The translations under genes and the position numbers were made by a program. DNA of 64,000 bases from Candidatus Daviesbacteria bacterium (GTDB taxonomy: Bacteria; Patescibacteriota; Microgenomatia; Daviesbacterales; UBA10151), in assembly GCA_030648435.1 (NCBI GenBank), contig JAUSHE010000008.1, forward strand, positions 3,449 through 67,448, given 5' to 3'. Positions 47,794 through 58,717 of this stretch are shown here, piece after piece. The notes under the pieces were generated by a model, which did no database searches, had not been told where the DNA came from, and worked only from the letters and a program-made list of their open reading frames with translations. Position 1 is the stretch's first letter. Every line of letters starts with the position of its first letter.

Positions 47794-48378
47794 ATGGATC
47801 CAAATTATTACGGAGCAGAATCTCAGAAAAGTTTTTTTGGAAATTTTGGCGGATATGCAGTTGAATTTATTGAAACATTAGTAGTTTTTGGAGCAGTTTT
47901 CGCAGCCATTTATTTGTTTGTTGCCCAGTTCCATAAGGTGGCAGGAAACTCCATGGTCCCAACCATGCATAATGGCGATTACTTAATTACCGAGAAAATA
48001 AGTTACCGGTTCAGAGAACCAAACAGAAGTGAAATTATTGTCTTGGAAAATCCTAGAGACGAATCACAGGATTTCATTAAAAGAATCATTGCTGTGCCTG
48101 GTGACACAGTACAAATCTCCAATAATAGTGTTTATGTAAACGGACAAATCTTAAACGAGCAATATCTCCCATCAGGCACTCCAACCCCTCCCGGTACCTT
48201 TGTCCGGGAAGGTGACATTATTAAAGTAGGAAAAAATCAATATTTTGCTTTCGGAGACAACCGGGAACATTCTTCCGATTCACGGGAATGGGGACCGGTT
48301 ACAAAAGAAGAGATTGTCGGCAGAGCGCTTTTCCGCTACTTTCCGTTTCAAGACGCTGGTCTACTTACCGGCAAGTAA
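47794..48378 (+). CDS. lepB: Signal peptidase I
   Basis: GNSMVPTM (catalytic Ser), KRIIAVPGDTV (catalytic Lys box), GDNREHSSDSREWG box E. Confidence 0.85.
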   Translation: MDPNYYGAESQKSFFGNFGGYAVEFIETLVVFGAVFAAIYLFVAQFHKVAGNSMVPTMHNGDYLITEKISYRFREPNRSEIIVLENPRDESQDFIKRIIAVPGDTVQISNNSVYVNGQILNEQYLPSGTPTPPGTFVREGDIIKVGKNQYFAFGDNREHSSDSREWGPVTKEEIVGRALFRYFPFQDAGLLTGK

Positions 48379-49221
48379 GTTAAAATATCCGACAATTGCC
48401 TGATTTAAATCCTCTAAAACCGGCATTGTATCCTTAGGTTCTCCGTCAATTAATAATTCCAGGCGGGCTCTTTTACCGGTCAACTGACACTTCACCTGAG
48501 GTTTTTTTGTCCTACCCGATAAGGCAGCATTAATATTTTCCTGAATCTTATCAACATCTTCATTAATGATGCGTACAGCGTCTATATCAGCCCTGTTTTT
48601 GGGTCCAATCCCCTGTTCGTTCCTCACTCTGCGCACCAACTCTTCCGTTCCCCTGACTGAGAGATTTCTTTTTAAGACCTCTTTATAGGCGGTAATAATA
48701 AGGTGCGGATCCTCCAGTGCTGCCAGGGCTCTGGCATGACCTTCAGAGGTAGCACCGGCCATTAAAGCATCCTTTAGAGCGTCCGGCAAAATTAAGAGTC
48801 TGATGGTGTTAGAAATATAGGCCGGGCTTTTTGAAACTCTTTCAGCAATTTCCTGATTTGCCAAACCAAATTCGTCCATTAATCTCCGGTAAGCCTGGGC
48901 TCGCTCCAGCGGATTTAAATCAATTCTTTGTACGTTTTCCACAATAGCCATTTCAAACATGCCTTGCGGGCTCGTTTCTCTAATAATGACGGGAACTTTA
49001 ATTAAACCGGCTAATTTAGAGGCTCTCCATCTCCGTTCCCCGGCAATGATTTGATAACCGGCCGGAGTTTTGGCAACTACCAAAGGTTCCAGGACACCAT
49101 GTACTCTGATTGAATCAGCCAGCTCACTTAGTGAATCAGGAGCAATTAGTCCACGGGGTTGTAGTGGGTTTGGTTGCAGTAGTTCTAATTCCAATTCGTA
49201 AATATGTTCTTGTTGATCCAT
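48361..49221 (-). CDS. parB: ParB/Spo0J-family partition protein
   Basis: GVLEPLVVAKTPAGYQIIAGERRWRASKLAGLIKVPVII ParB box. HTH follows. Confidence 0.85.
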   Translation of the reverse strand: MDQQEHIYELELELLQPNPLQPRGLIAPDSLSELADSIRVHGVLEPLVVAKTPAGYQIIAGERRWRASKLAGLIKVPVIIRETSPQGMFEMAIVENVQRIDLNPLERAQAYRRLMDEFGLANQEIAERVSKSPAYISNTIRLLILPDALKDALMAGATSEGHARALAALEDPHLIITAYKEVLKRNLSVRGTEELVRRVRNEQGIGPKNRADIDAVRIINEDVDKIQENINAALSGRTKKPQVKCQLTGKRARLELLIDGEPKDTMPVLEDLNQAIVGYFNLLAGK

Positions 49222-49466
49222 TATGCGATACTCACAACTGTTTTGCCTAATTTTTTCTTAAAAGCTACTTTGCCGGTGGAAACGGAAAAAATAGTATAGT
49301 CATTGCCCTGCTTTGTTCCCGTTCCGGAGTAAAATTTATTACCTTTTTGCCGCACTATAATATTGCCGGCAGCTGCTTTTTGACCGCCATAAATCTTAAC
49401 TCCCAATCTCTTGGAAATTGAATCTCTATTCTTTCTTGTACTTCCACCGCCTGTTTTATGCGCCAT
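49221..49466 (-). CDS. rpmA: 50S ribosomal protein L27
   Basis: [29 protein letters not shown] is the canonical L27 N-terminus. Confidence 0.9.
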   Translation of the reverse strand: MAHKTGGGSTRKNRDSISKRLGVKIYGGQKAAAGNIIVRQKGNKFYSGTGTKQGNDYTIFSVSTGKVAFKKKLGKTVVSIA

Positions 49467-49506
49467 AGGATATTAAAATACACCCCGTGAAAACTTAAGT
49501 CAATAG

Positions 49507-49818
49507 TTATTTTTTCACGACCTTTTGATTCAAAACTAATTTTGTCAGTTTGGACCTGTAACCAATTGTTTTCCTGTAATTTGCCTTTGCATGAAATTTA
49601 CTCACTCTGATTTTTGCGCCTTTCAAATCTTCAATCCGTTTTAGGGTTATTTTTTCTTTAAGGTAAGGTGTACCTATCTTTAACTTGCCGTCTTCAGATA
49701 AAAGTAAAACAGCAGCTTCGATTAAGTCACCTTCTTTTTGAAGACTTACTTCAAAACTTTTGCCGGGAATAACTTTATATTGTTTTCCTGATATTTCACA
49801 AACTGCATAATTTAGCAT
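49507..49818 (-). CDS. rplU: 50S ribosomal protein L21
   Basis: MLNYAVCEISGKQYKV..G is the canonical L21 start. Upstream of rpmA. Confidence 0.9.
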   Translation of the reverse strand: MLNYAVCEISGKQYKVIPGKSFEVSLQKEGDLIEAAVLLLSEDGKLKIGTPYLKEKITLKRIEDLKGAKIRVSKFHAKANYRKTIGYRSKLTKLVLNQKVVKK

Positions 49819-49827
49819 TCTGAAATT

Positions 49828-50874
49828 CTACCTTTTTTTTGCCGAAGATGCAACCATTCCCAACGAAATGAAAGTTACAATCAGCGAACTTCCCCCATAA
49901 GAAATCAGCGGCAAAGTAATGCCGGTTATCGGCAAAATCCCCACATTCATCCCAATATTAACAAATAACTGAAAAAGAAACATTGAGAATACACCAATTA
50001 TTACTAAAAAACTAAAACTATTATTAACCTGATAAGCTACTTTCAAAAAATAACTAAGTAGAAACATATATAATGATAAAATCAACACAGAGCCGGCAAA
50101 TCCCATTTCTTCGGCAATTGAGGCGAAAATAAAGTCGGTCCTAAATTCCGGCAAAAACTGTAGGCGCGATTGAGTGCCTCTACCCAATCCCCGGCCGAAA
50201 AATTCCCCTGAACCAACAGCTATTGTTGACTGAATAACATTGTAGCCCGTTCCCAGCGGATCAGATTTAGGCGAGAGAAAACTGGTAATCCGGTCTTTCT
50301 GATAACCGTGCAAAAAAAACCAACCAATGGGGACCATCAGTAAAAAAATCAAAAGCAATATAATTGTCTTTTTTAATGAGATACGCGCTGCAAACAGCAT
50401 TCCCAACCATATAGCCCCTACTGTAAGAGCCGAGCCCAGATCAGGCTGTTTAAAAATAAGAAAAATTAAAGGGGCAGACCATAGTAAACTTTTTAAAATA
50501 TTTATTACTGTGGGAAGATTTTCCGACCAAAATTTGGCAAGAAACAAAATCAAAATAGGCTTGGCGAATTCAGAAGGCTGGATATTAAAGATGCCGAGAG
50601 GGATCCAACGTAGCGATCCCCTTGTTTCAATGCCTAAGATAAAAACAGCAATCAGTGAGATAAAAATAACCAGATAAAGCGGCTTAATAATATTTCTAAA
50701 AAACTTCAGTTCACTACGGGAGACCATCAGGAAAAAAATTATCCCAATGATCGCAAAAACAGCCTGCTGAATTGCCAATTCAAAAGACGAGGAATAAATC
50801 ACCAGTACTCCGATTGAAATTAGAAAAAAACTTGCTAAACTAATTTGAAGATTAATGAATTGAAAAATTTTCAC
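49828..50874 (-). CDS. rodA: SEDS-family peptidoglycan glycosyltransferase (RodA/FtsW type), copy outside the dcw cluster
   Basis: 10-TM SEDS topology. C-terminal GILPITGITLPLISYGGSSLI motif. Confidence 0.7.
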   Translation of the reverse strand: MKIFQFINLQISLASFFLISIGVLVIYSSSFELAIQQAVFAIIGIIFFLMVSRSELKFFRNIIKPLYLVIFISLIAVFILGIETRGSLRWIPLGIFNIQPSEFAKPILILFLAKFWSENLPTVINILKSLLWSAPLIFLIFKQPDLGSALTVGAIWLGMLFAARISLKKTIILLLIFLLMVPIGWFFLHGYQKDRITSFLSPKSDPLGTGYNVIQSTIAVGSGEFFGRGLGRGTQSRLQFLPEFRTDFIFASIAEEMGFAGSVLILSLYMFLLSYFLKVAYQVNNSFSFLVIIGVFSMFLFQLFVNIGMNVGILPITGITLPLISYGGSSLIVTFISLGMVASSAKKR

Positions 50875-53702
50875 ACTTTTATCACCTTAAATTCAGAACC
50901 TTTTTCCAAAGAAACAGAAGCTGTACTTTTCAAAATTTCTTTTTCAAAATTCTGTGGCCAAGAGGGTGCAATAATTTTAGTCTTATCGGCCAGTGTCATA
51001 TTCTGGTCCTTGCGGTTTTGTTGAACCTGACGGATTAATTCCCGCGCTTTTCCTTCTTCTTCCAGCTCCTGAGTAAGTTTGGTATCCAAAATTGCTTCCG
51101 GCTCAGTTGAGGATTTTCCGTACTCAACTTTCTTAATATTAAGTTCTTCTGCAAGAATTTTTTCCAAATCAGGCATTAATCTTTCAGGTAATTTGTATAA
51201 GATGGAAGCCAATGGCTGGCGAAGCTTAATGCCAGCTTCTTTTCTTTTAGCGTGACCCAATTCGGCAATTTTACGGACCTTGCTCATATCTTCTATCAGT
51301 TTTTCATCAACCGGACCATTTGCCTCCGGAAAACTCTGCAAATGAACCGATTCTTCGTCAGTTAAATTCTTAAATATTTCTTCTGATACAAAAGGCATAA
51401 ACGGCGCCAAAAGCTTACTCAGGGTTGCTAAAACTTCATACATTACCGGTAAAGCTACCTCGACCCTGTCTCTTGACCTTCTGATATACCAAGTTGAGAA
51501 ATCTTGAACAACAAAATCTTCAATTGCCCTCGCAGCACTAACAGCATCATATTTTTCCAAACTTTTACTTACTAAAAATATCAATTGTTCTAATCTCGCC
51601 AAAATCCATTTGTCTAGAACTCCAATATCCCTAATATCCCTAATATCCCTTTTCTCCCCCTCAGCTAAATTCACATAATCAACAAAAAACTTATACGAAT
51701 TCCAGAGAATTAACAAAAATCTTCTTCTGATGTTATTTGCTGCCTCAATCCCGAAATTAAGATTATTTTCAGGATTCTGTGCAACATACAACCATCTCAT
51801 CACATCAACACCAATTTTATCTGCTGCCTCATTAAACTCAATCGCATTACCTTTTGATTTATGCATTTCCTCTCCCTTTTCATCCCTGACTGAGGCAAAA
51901 CCCAAAATTGTTTTAGAAGGGTTTGTCCGCTTTAACGCAGTACTCATGGCAATCAATGAATAAAACCAGTTCCTAAATTGACCAGGGAAACTCTCAGTAA
52001 TAAAATCCGCCGGAAACCAATCCGGAGACATAGTTGAAAACGGCACAATCCCGGCATCAAGCCAGGGGTTTCCCACATCCGGTATCCTTGAAGCAACAGC
52101 CTCACATTTTGTACACTTTATTTTAATTTGATCTATCCATGGTCTATGCGGAGAATTACCTTCAAATTTTTCCCAACCATCTACTGCTTTTTCTCTCAGT
52201 TCTTTTTTACTTCCTATAACCTCAAAATTCCCACACTGATTACATTCCCAAACAGGCAAAGCCAAACCCCAATAACGCTTCTTAGAGATTAACCAATCAT
52301 GCATATTTTTTAACCAATCCAATTCACGTTCTAAGCCCCATTTAGGAAGCCACTTAATCTTTTCAGCCGTCTCTATCATTTGCTCTCGGTAGGTTTTACC
52401 TGAACCATCATCGCGATCCATTGCTATATACCATTCATCAACCACCCGCCACACCAATTCTGTTTTACACCGCCAACACATCGGATAACGGTGTTTTATC
52501 CTTTCCGTTATAAGTAAAAATTTTCCGTTTTCTTTATTTTTCAGAAAATCAATTATTAATTCCGGATGTTTTTTAGCATTTGCTCCTGAAAATTCTTTCA
52601 TCCCGTTTAAATAATTTGCCTCCTCATCTATCAATTCAATTACCGGAAGACTTAATATTGCACCTAATTTAAAATCTTCAGAACCTGCTCCGGGAGCAAT
52701 ATGTACCAGACCTGTTCCCTCCTCCGAACTTATAGGAAGGATCAATTCATCATTTGCTACAACACGGTGAATATAATCTTTCAATGCTTCATCAACTCGT
52801 GGTAAATGATCAAATGGAGCCACATATTCCAAACCGACCAGATCCTGGCCTTTAGTTTTCTTACTTTTCTCTAATTTTCCTAATACATCTGCTCTTTGTT
52901 CCATGACCCAAACTAAATCCCCATTTTCCAACTTAACCTGTATATAATCTGCTTTGGGATCAACCGCCACTGCCACATTTGCCGGAATCGTCCAAGGAGT
53001 TGTTGTCCAAACCACCAAAAACTCATTCTCTCTACTTTTGATCGGCAATTTAAAATAAACTGACTCATGAACAACCTCCTTATAATCCTCAGTCAGCATC
53101 TCGTGTTGTGATATTGCCGTACCACACCTTGGACACCAGGGAACACTATCATGACCTTTATATAACCAACCTTTTTCATTAACTGTCTTTATAAAATTCC
53201 AGATCGCATAGTTATTTTCATCGGAGGATGTGTGATAAGAATGATCCCAATCCATGAAATAACCTAATCTTTTGGATTGTTCTGTTTGAATACCTGAGTA
53301 TTTCTTAACCCTTTCTTTACAAAGGTTAATGAATTTCTCTAAGCTTTTAAATTTATCTCCGGGAATTAGATTCTCAATATCTTTTTTAGAGTGTAAATTT
53401 AATTCTTTCTCAACTTCCACCTCAACCCAAAGTCCCTGCTCATCAAAACCATTCTGGAATCTTTGCTTAAACCCTTTCATATTAAAAAACCGCTGCCAGA
53501 GATCTTTATAAGTCCTACCCCAAGCATGATGAACGCCCATAGGATTATTGGCAGTGATCGGCCCGTCTAAAAAAGAAAACTTTTCATTTGCGAAATTATT
53601 TTTGTTTAAGTATTTTTCAACTATCCCTTCTCTTTTCCAATAATCCAAAAGTTCCCGTTCAAGAGCGGGAAAATCGACCTGTGATGATACCGGTTTAAAC
53701 AT
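50871..53702 (-). CDS. ileS: Isoleucyl-tRNA synthetase
   Basis: Class I HIGH-like PMGVHHAWG. Editing-domain WTTTPWTIPANVAV. KMSKS-like MHKSKGN. Zinc-ribbon CPRCGT/CWRCKT. Confidence 0.9.
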   Translation of the reverse strand: MFKPVSSQVDFPALERELLDYWKREGIVEKYLNKNNFANEKFSFLDGPITANNPMGVHHAWGRTYKDLWQRFFNMKGFKQRFQNGFDEQGLWVEVEVEKELNLHSKKDIENLIPGDKFKSLEKFINLCKERVKKYSGIQTEQSKRLGYFMDWDHSYHTSSDENNYAIWNFIKTVNEKGWLYKGHDSVPWCPRCGTAISQHEMLTEDYKEVVHESVYFKLPIKSRENEFLVVWTTTPWTIPANVAVAVDPKADYIQVKLENGDLVWVMEQRADVLGKLEKSKKTKGQDLVGLEYVAPFDHLPRVDEALKDYIHRVVANDELILPISSEEGTGLVHIAPGAGSEDFKLGAILSLPVIELIDEEANYLNGMKEFSGANAKKHPELIIDFLKNKENGKFLLITERIKHRYPMCWRCKTELVWRVVDEWYIAMDRDDGSGKTYREQMIETAEKIKWLPKWGLERELDWLKNMHDWLISKKRYWGLALPVWECNQCGNFEVIGSKKELREKAVDGWEKFEGNSPHRPWIDQIKIKCTKCEAVASRIPDVGNPWLDAGIVPFSTMSPDWFPADFITESFPGQFRNWFYSLIAMSTALKRTNPSKTILGFASVRDEKGEEMHKSKGNAIEFNEAADKIGVDVMRWLYVAQNPENNLNFGIEAANNIRRRFLLILWNSYKFFVDYVNLAEGEKRDIRDIRDIGVLDKWILARLEQLIFLVSKSLEKYDAVSAARAIEDFVVQDFSTWYIRRSRDRVEVALPVMYEVLATLSKLLAPFMPFVSEEIFKNLTDEESVHLQSFPEANGPVDEKLIEDMSKVRKIAELGHAKRKEAGIKLRQPLASILYKLPERLMPDLEKILAEELNIKKVEYGKSSTEPEAILDTKLTQELEEEGKARELIRQVQQNRKDQNMTLADKTKIIAPSWPQNFEKEILKSTASVSLEKGSEFKVIKV

Positions 53703-53899
53703 AAGCTATATTTTACCTGACTTAGATCAACATTTAAACTAGATAATTATACAATTCCCACAAGGGCCGATCCCATCTCTTTATTTGAATTTATTTGTTT
53801 CATACTCATATTTTTGCCACAAAAAAACCCCACCTTGGCGAGGTTCTTTTTTCACTTTATTCTTTGCAAGTTCATACCAATACGTGGATTTTACCAATT

Positions 53900-54229
53900 T
53901 TAAGCAAAGGACTCAAGATGAAGTTCAGGAAGCACTTTTATCTTGGCAGCTTTTTCAACAGGTTTTAATCTACTTTCAATTCTTCTGATATTACTATCAT
54001 TCATTTTATACATATCAGCATATCCTTTAACTGTTTTCTCAAGCTCAATCACTGCCCCAGTATTAGCATCGAGTCTGTTGTTTATAGCTACCAAGCCAGT
54101 ATCAGGATCATCTAATCTCTCTGTAACACCATCTAATCTCTCTGTAACACCATCCAGCTTTTCTTTAATTGGCTTAATAGTCTCATTAACTACTTCTTTA
54201 ACTACTTTTCTAAATGTATTTTCATCCAT
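53900..54229 (-). CDS. Hypothetical small coiled-coil protein containing a 21-bp tandem duplication
   Basis: KLDGVTERLDGVTERLD encoded by CATCTAATCTCTCTGTAACAC x2 at 54108-54149. Confidence 0.35.
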   Translation of the reverse strand: MDENTFRKVVKEVVNETIKPIKEKLDGVTERLDGVTERLDDPDTGLVAINNRLDANTGAVIELEKTVKGYADMYKMNDSNIRRIESRLKPVEKAAKIKVLPELHLESFA

Positions 54230-54304
54230 GATTTGATAGTAATCTTAGCAAAAACAAAAATCAAGCGGGATTTTATATATCAAACTAGCCAAAATCTATC
54301 TTAT

Positions 54305-55462
54305 TTAGCGGTTAGAACGCAGGAATGCGGGAATCTCAAGGTCTTCTTCCTCTTCTTCTTGTTTTTGCTCTTCTTGTGCAACTGTCTCCTCGGAAGCTGC
54401 CTGTACCGGTTGCGCATCGTCTGTTGCCTGGAGAGCTCTCCAGTCTGAAGCATGTTGCTGGGAGGAGGAACCAATACCGGTCCCAATATACTCCCTTAGC
54501 CTTCTTCTGGTTTCATCAAAACCCGTGGCAATAACTGAAATCTTAATCTGATCCAGCTGGTCTTCTTTAATGGTGGCACCAAAGATAATATTGGCATCCG
54601 GGTCTGCGGCTTGAGCTATAATTTGCGCCGCTTCGTTTACCTCAGACATGGAAAGATCTGACCCGCCCACAATATTAAATAGCACTCCTTTGGCTCCTTC
54701 AATGGACACTTCGAGAAGCGGGGACGCAATTGCCATTCTAGCCGCAGCGGCCGCTCTATTCTCTCCGCCAGCTACACCAATACCCATAAGAGCTGATCCT
54801 GCATTAGACATAATCGCTTTAACGTCTGCAAAGTCAACATTAATCAGTCCGGGCATAGTGATTAAATCGGAAATGCCCTGCACACCCTGGCCTAAAACCG
54901 AATCAGCCAGCCTAAATGCCTCCTGCAAAGTCATATTTTTCTCTACAGTTTCCAGCAACCGTTGGTTTGGAATCACAATCAAAGCATCAACTTTATCTTT
55001 CAACTTTTCTAACCCGTCCTCAGCCGCTACCATCCTTCTGGTGCCTTCAAAAGCAAAAGGTTTAGTTACAACGGCTACTGTCAATGCTCCAACGCTCTTG
55101 GCAATCTGAGCTACGATTGGTATAGAACCTGTCCCTGTGCCTCCCCCCATACCTGCAGTTAAAAACACCATATCCGCATCCCCCAGAACATCCTGTAATT
55201 TTTGTGTAGACTCCTCAGCAGCTTGTTTTCCTATTTCCGGATCTCCACCTGAACCCAGACCCTTAGTTAAGGTTTCCCCGATTTGAACTTTAGTTGGAGA
55301 CTGGTTATTAAGTAGCGCCTGAGCATCAGTATTTACAGCTACAAATTCAACACCCTGAATCTGCTGAAGAGAAATCATGGAATTTAGGGAGTTGGAACCA
55401 CCGCCTCCAAGGCCCATTACTTTGATCTTGGCAAATCTTTGAACATCAGGTTTGATAAGCAT
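54305..55462 (-). CDS. ftsZ: Cell division GTPase FtsZ
   Basis: GLGGGGSN start and tubulin signature GGGTGTG. Confidence 0.9.
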   Translation of the reverse strand: MLIKPDVQRFAKIKVMGLGGGGSNSLNSMISLQQIQGVEFVAVNTDAQALLNNQSPTKVQIGETLTKGLGSGGDPEIGKQAAEESTQKLQDVLGDADMVFLTAGMGGGTGTGSIPIVAQIAKSVGALTVAVVTKPFAFEGTRRMVAAEDGLEKLKDKVDALIVIPNQRLLETVEKNMTLQEAFRLADSVLGQGVQGISDLITMPGLINVDFADVKAIMSNAGSALMGIGVAGGENRAAAAARMAIASPLLEVSIEGAKGVLFNIVGGSDLSMSEVNEAAQIIAQAADPDANIIFGATIKEDQLDQIKISVIATGFDETRRRLREYIGTGIGSSSQQHASDWRALQATDDAQPVQAASEETVAQEEQKQEEEEEDLEIPAFLRSNR

Positions 55463-55591
55463 AAATTTTACCTTGTCAAAATTTAAGCTTGAAAACGAAG
55501 TTTTTCAAGCGGTGCTTTCAAACTCCGTTTATAAGCATAAATGTCTTCGGGCAGAATATATCAAAAACTAATTAGTAATAGCAAGCCCCAA

Positions 55592-56890
55592 TTACGGCAG
55601 AAAGGACTTTACCAAATCTATTCCCTTTTGTATCATCCCTTTGATCGGAAGACTTCCTGAAAAAACCGTCATGTGAGAACCTCGCTCTGACCCCTGAGAC
55701 GTTCCGTATAAAATCAAACCCGCTGCTGCCGAAAAAGCCGGAGAATCTATTTCCTCAACCAGTCCCGAAAATCCGTCGATTTGACCAACTCTGGCCGGGA
55801 AACCCAACACATATTTAGCCTGATCTAAAACTCCGATAGTTTTCGCTCCCCCCCCACAAATCACCAAACCTGAGGGTATCTGTGTGCCAAAACCGCTTTT
55901 TTTGAGTTCTTTACCGACATATTTAAATATTTCCTGAAGCCGGGGTTTAATAATACCATCCACAACTGCCTTACGTGATATCTTTTGAATATCTTCTTCT
56001 ATACCCAATGATTTAACATCTATCCCCTCTTCTTCCTTTTTCTTTATAGCGCTTTTATTGTTTTCCAGTTCAAAGCTATCTGACAAAACAGGAATCGTCT
56101 TGATCTTACCAAGCGATAATTTAATTTTCTCTGCCGATTCCAGGGAAACCCGGAGACCCACTGCCATATCTGATGTAATATGTCTGGCTCCAATTGGTAT
56201 AACGGCAGAATAGGCTACGGATCCGTCAATAAAGATCACAACATCCGTTGTTTCTCCGCCAATATCCAAAAGCATAACACCCAATTCTTTTTCCGTATCG
56301 GTCAATACCGACAAAGCTGAAGCAATCCCCGAAAAAACCAGTTCAGTAACCTCGATACCGACTTCCGAAACACATTTAACCAGATTTTTCATCGATGTCG
56401 AAGAACCCGTAATGATGTGTGTTTCCGTTTCCAGTCTCACTCCGGTCATACCAATCGGATCCTTAATCCCCTGCTGACCATCAACAGTAAAAGTCCGGGG
56501 AATGACATGCAGGATTTCACGGGAAGATGGCAAAGGCATAGCACGGGCCGCATCATTCACCCTTCTTATATCCGACTCTTTTATCTCCTCTTCCGGCTCC
56601 GATACGGCAACAACAGCATGCTGGTTAACGCTTTCAATCTGAGGTCCGCCCAATGCTATAAAAGCCTGAGATATCGAATATCCGGCCATTCTTTCAGCCG
56701 CTTCAACAGATTCTGTTATCGCAGCCACTGCCTCTTCGATATCAACAACTTGCGTTTTTTTAACCCCTTTGGAAACAGTTGAAGAAACGCCGATTAAATT
56801 TATTTTGCCGGCCTCATCAATTGAAGCAATTAAAGTAGCTATTTTTGATGAACCGACATCTATTCCGCAAATTATTCTATCTTTTGCCAT
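55592..56890 (-). CDS. ftsA: Cell division protein FtsA
   Basis: Actin-like ATPase. ICGIDVGSSKI N-terminus, DIGGETTDV. Confidence 0.9.
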   Translation of the reverse strand: MAKDRIICGIDVGSSKIATLIASIDEAGKINLIGVSSTVSKGVKKTQVVDIEEAVAAITESVEAAERMAGYSISQAFIALGGPQIESVNQHAVVAVSEPEEEIKESDIRRVNDAARAMPLPSSREILHVIPRTFTVDGQQGIKDPIGMTGVRLETETHIITGSSTSMKNLVKCVSEVGIEVTELVFSGIASALSVLTDTEKELGVMLLDIGGETTDVVIFIDGSVAYSAVIPIGARHITSDMAVGLRVSLESAEKIKLSLGKIKTIPVLSDSFELENNKSAIKKKEEEGIDVKSLGIEEDIQKISRKAVVDGIIKPRLQEIFKYVGKELKKSGFGTQIPSGLVICGGGAKTIGVLDQAKYVLGFPARVGQIDGFSGLVEEIDSPAFSAAAGLILYGTSQGSERGSHMTVFSGSLPIKGMIQKGIDLVKSFLP

Positions 56891-56893
56891 AAA

Positions 56894-57643
56894 CTATTTC
56901 TTCTTGGGAGCAAATCGCACCACCGGTTTATCGAATCTTAAATCGATAAATTCCAGTTCATTTAGATCCATTTTAGCTTTATTTAAGATCAGTTGTAAAG
57001 ATGCAAGTTGCACATCAACATTATTATTTAAACGGAAAAGTATCTCTAAAACCGGAGGGTTTGATGTAATAGTAAAAATATCCTGATTAATTCGGGCCGT
57101 ATTAATTTGAATGTTTAAGGTTTTTATTTTATCCAGAACTTTCGGAATATCCGATATGATGCCGGTTAATTTTTGTCCGACTGAAAGATTTTGATTAAAA
57201 ATATAAATTTTCAGAAAATCAGAATTTTCTTCTCCTTTACCGAATACAACCCCCTCATTGTCAATCAAAAAAAATTCTTTTACTAATTCTGCTGATGGGG
57301 TTGCGGCAAAAACTGCCAGCGCTTTGCGGTTTGAAACTTGAAGATATATTTTGTTGGGAAAATACTTTGCAACCGCGGCTGATTTCATGCAGATAAATTG
57401 GCTTTTTAAATTTTCTTCTATTTTTTTTGATTCAATCAGGAAGAAATTCTGCCCCATAAGACCGGAGGAGACCTTCAATTGGTCTTCATTAGCACATGAA
57501 ATATCTTTTGCCTGTATATCAATTTTTTTAATAGTGAAAAAATTGGATTTATAGAAAGCGGATAAAAATCCGGCAATCAAAAATAGAATAATCAGAATAA
57601 TAATTTTCCGGGGGAAATGTTTTCTCTGTTTCTTTTTCCACAT
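56894..57643 (-). CDS. ftsQ: Cell division protein FtsQ/DivIB-like (POTRA)
   Basis: N-terminal TM, POTRA-like start. C-terminal IDLRFDKPVV. Position between murG and ftsA. Confidence 0.65.
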   Translation of the reverse strand: MWKKKQRKHFPRKIIILIILFLIAGFLSAFYKSNFFTIKKIDIQAKDISCANEDQLKVSSGLMGQNFFLIESKKIEENLKSQFICMKSAAVAKYFPNKIYLQVSNRKALAVFAATPSAELVKEFFLIDNEGVVFGKGEENSDFLKIYIFNQNLSVGQKLTGIISDIPKVLDKIKTLNIQINTARINQDIFTITSNPPVLEILFRLNNNVDVQLASLQLILNKAKMDLNELEFIDLRFDKPVVRFAPKKK

Positions 57644-57644
57644 A

Positions 57645-58703
57645 TTAATTATTTACTAAAAGTATGGTTTCCAAAGCAAGTCGGGAAGCACCATCTGTGA
57701 TAATATTCTTTTTAACGCGCCCCGCTTTTTCATTTAAGGATTTTAAATTATTTAGCATTAATTTAATATTTTCCAAAAGCGTTTGCCCTGATAATTTTGA
57801 TTGCGTCAAAATTTTCGTCAGTCCCAACTTTTCAAAATATTCTGCATTTTTATTTTGTTCTTTGTTTTGAATAGGAATTGTCAGCGTTGGTTTTCCTAAA
57901 ATAGCCACTTCTGTCAAAGTATTGATCCCTGCCCTTGAAACAACAAGATCAGATTGAGATAAAACGTCTCCCCAGTCTTTATTAATCCATTTTCGAACAG
58001 AATAATTGGAATTACTAATATTTTCGAGTCTTTCGTAATCTCTAAATTTATTATCCCCTGTCACATGAATAATTTGCGCAATTTTTGTTAATTTTCCAAT
58101 ACACTGCTCAACGGCTAAATTAATTATATGAGAGCCCTGATTGCCTCCGGTTATTAAAATCGTTGGTAACTTTGTGTCTTTTCTGACTCTGGTTGTCCTG
58201 ACGATCCTCCTGATCGGATTGCCGGTTAAAATAACTTTTTCACCTCTTTCGGTATTAGGAAAAGATACGGCAATCTTATCGGCAAACCAGCCACAGATTT
58301 TATTAGCCAGACCTGAAACTAAAGTTTGTTCATGAATAATTATTGGAATCGAAAAAAGCCAACCCACCATCACTAAAGGAACTGCCACATAACCCCCAAA
58401 AGATAAAATTACATCCGGTTTTTGGGATAAAATTACAAAAAATGATTGTATAAATCCGACTGGGATTTTTAGGAGCGAAGGAATGGTGTAAATTGTAAAA
58501 GTTCTCTGCAGTCGTCCGGTAATTATCGGAATAAATTTTATCCCCATTGATGGCAAAATCTGTGACTCAATCGAGGAAGTACTATCCCCTTCTTGCGTTG
58601 TTTTTCTACCGGCATAAACCACCCGGACGCCGGGATATTTTTTTAATTCCTCCAAAGTCGCAACTGCCGGAGTAAAATGCGCCCCTGTGACCAAAATCTT
58701 CAT
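57645..58703 (-). CDS. murG: Undecaprenyl-PP-MurNAc-pentapeptide GlcNAc transferase
   Basis: MKILVTGAHFTPAVA N-terminus, GT-B fold. dcw position. Confidence 0.85.
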   Translation of the reverse strand: MKILVTGAHFTPAVATLEELKKYPGVRVVYAGRKTTQEGDSTSSIESQILPSMGIKFIPIITGRLQRTFTIYTIPSLLKIPVGFIQSFFVILSQKPDVILSFGGYVAVPLVMVGWLFSIPIIIHEQTLVSGLANKICGWFADKIAVSFPNTERGEKVILTGNPIRRIVRTTRVRKDTKLPTILITGGNQGSHIINLAVEQCIGKLTKIAQIIHVTGDNKFRDYERLENISNSNYSVRKWINKDWGDVLSQSDLVVSRAGINTLTEVAILGKPTLTIPIQNKEQNKNAEYFEKLGLTKILTQSKLSGQTLLENIKLMLNNLKSLNEKAGRVKKNIITDGASRLALETILLVNN

Positions 58704-58717
58704 TTATAAATTATATC

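Noticed and set aside
53760-53870. Intrinsic terminator between ileS and the 109-aa ORF (AAAAAAACCCCACCTTGGCGAGGTTCTTTTTT)
   Set aside because: Only a ~4-bp stem can form. The A-run and T-run flanks are suggestive but the hairpin is too weak to call.
55848-55855. C8/G8 homopolymer in ftsA as a phase-variation tract
   Set aside because: It encodes consecutive Gly codons (ICGGGAKT) in an essential gene. It is most likely codon-driven, and it also lowers confidence in the other G9 tracts.
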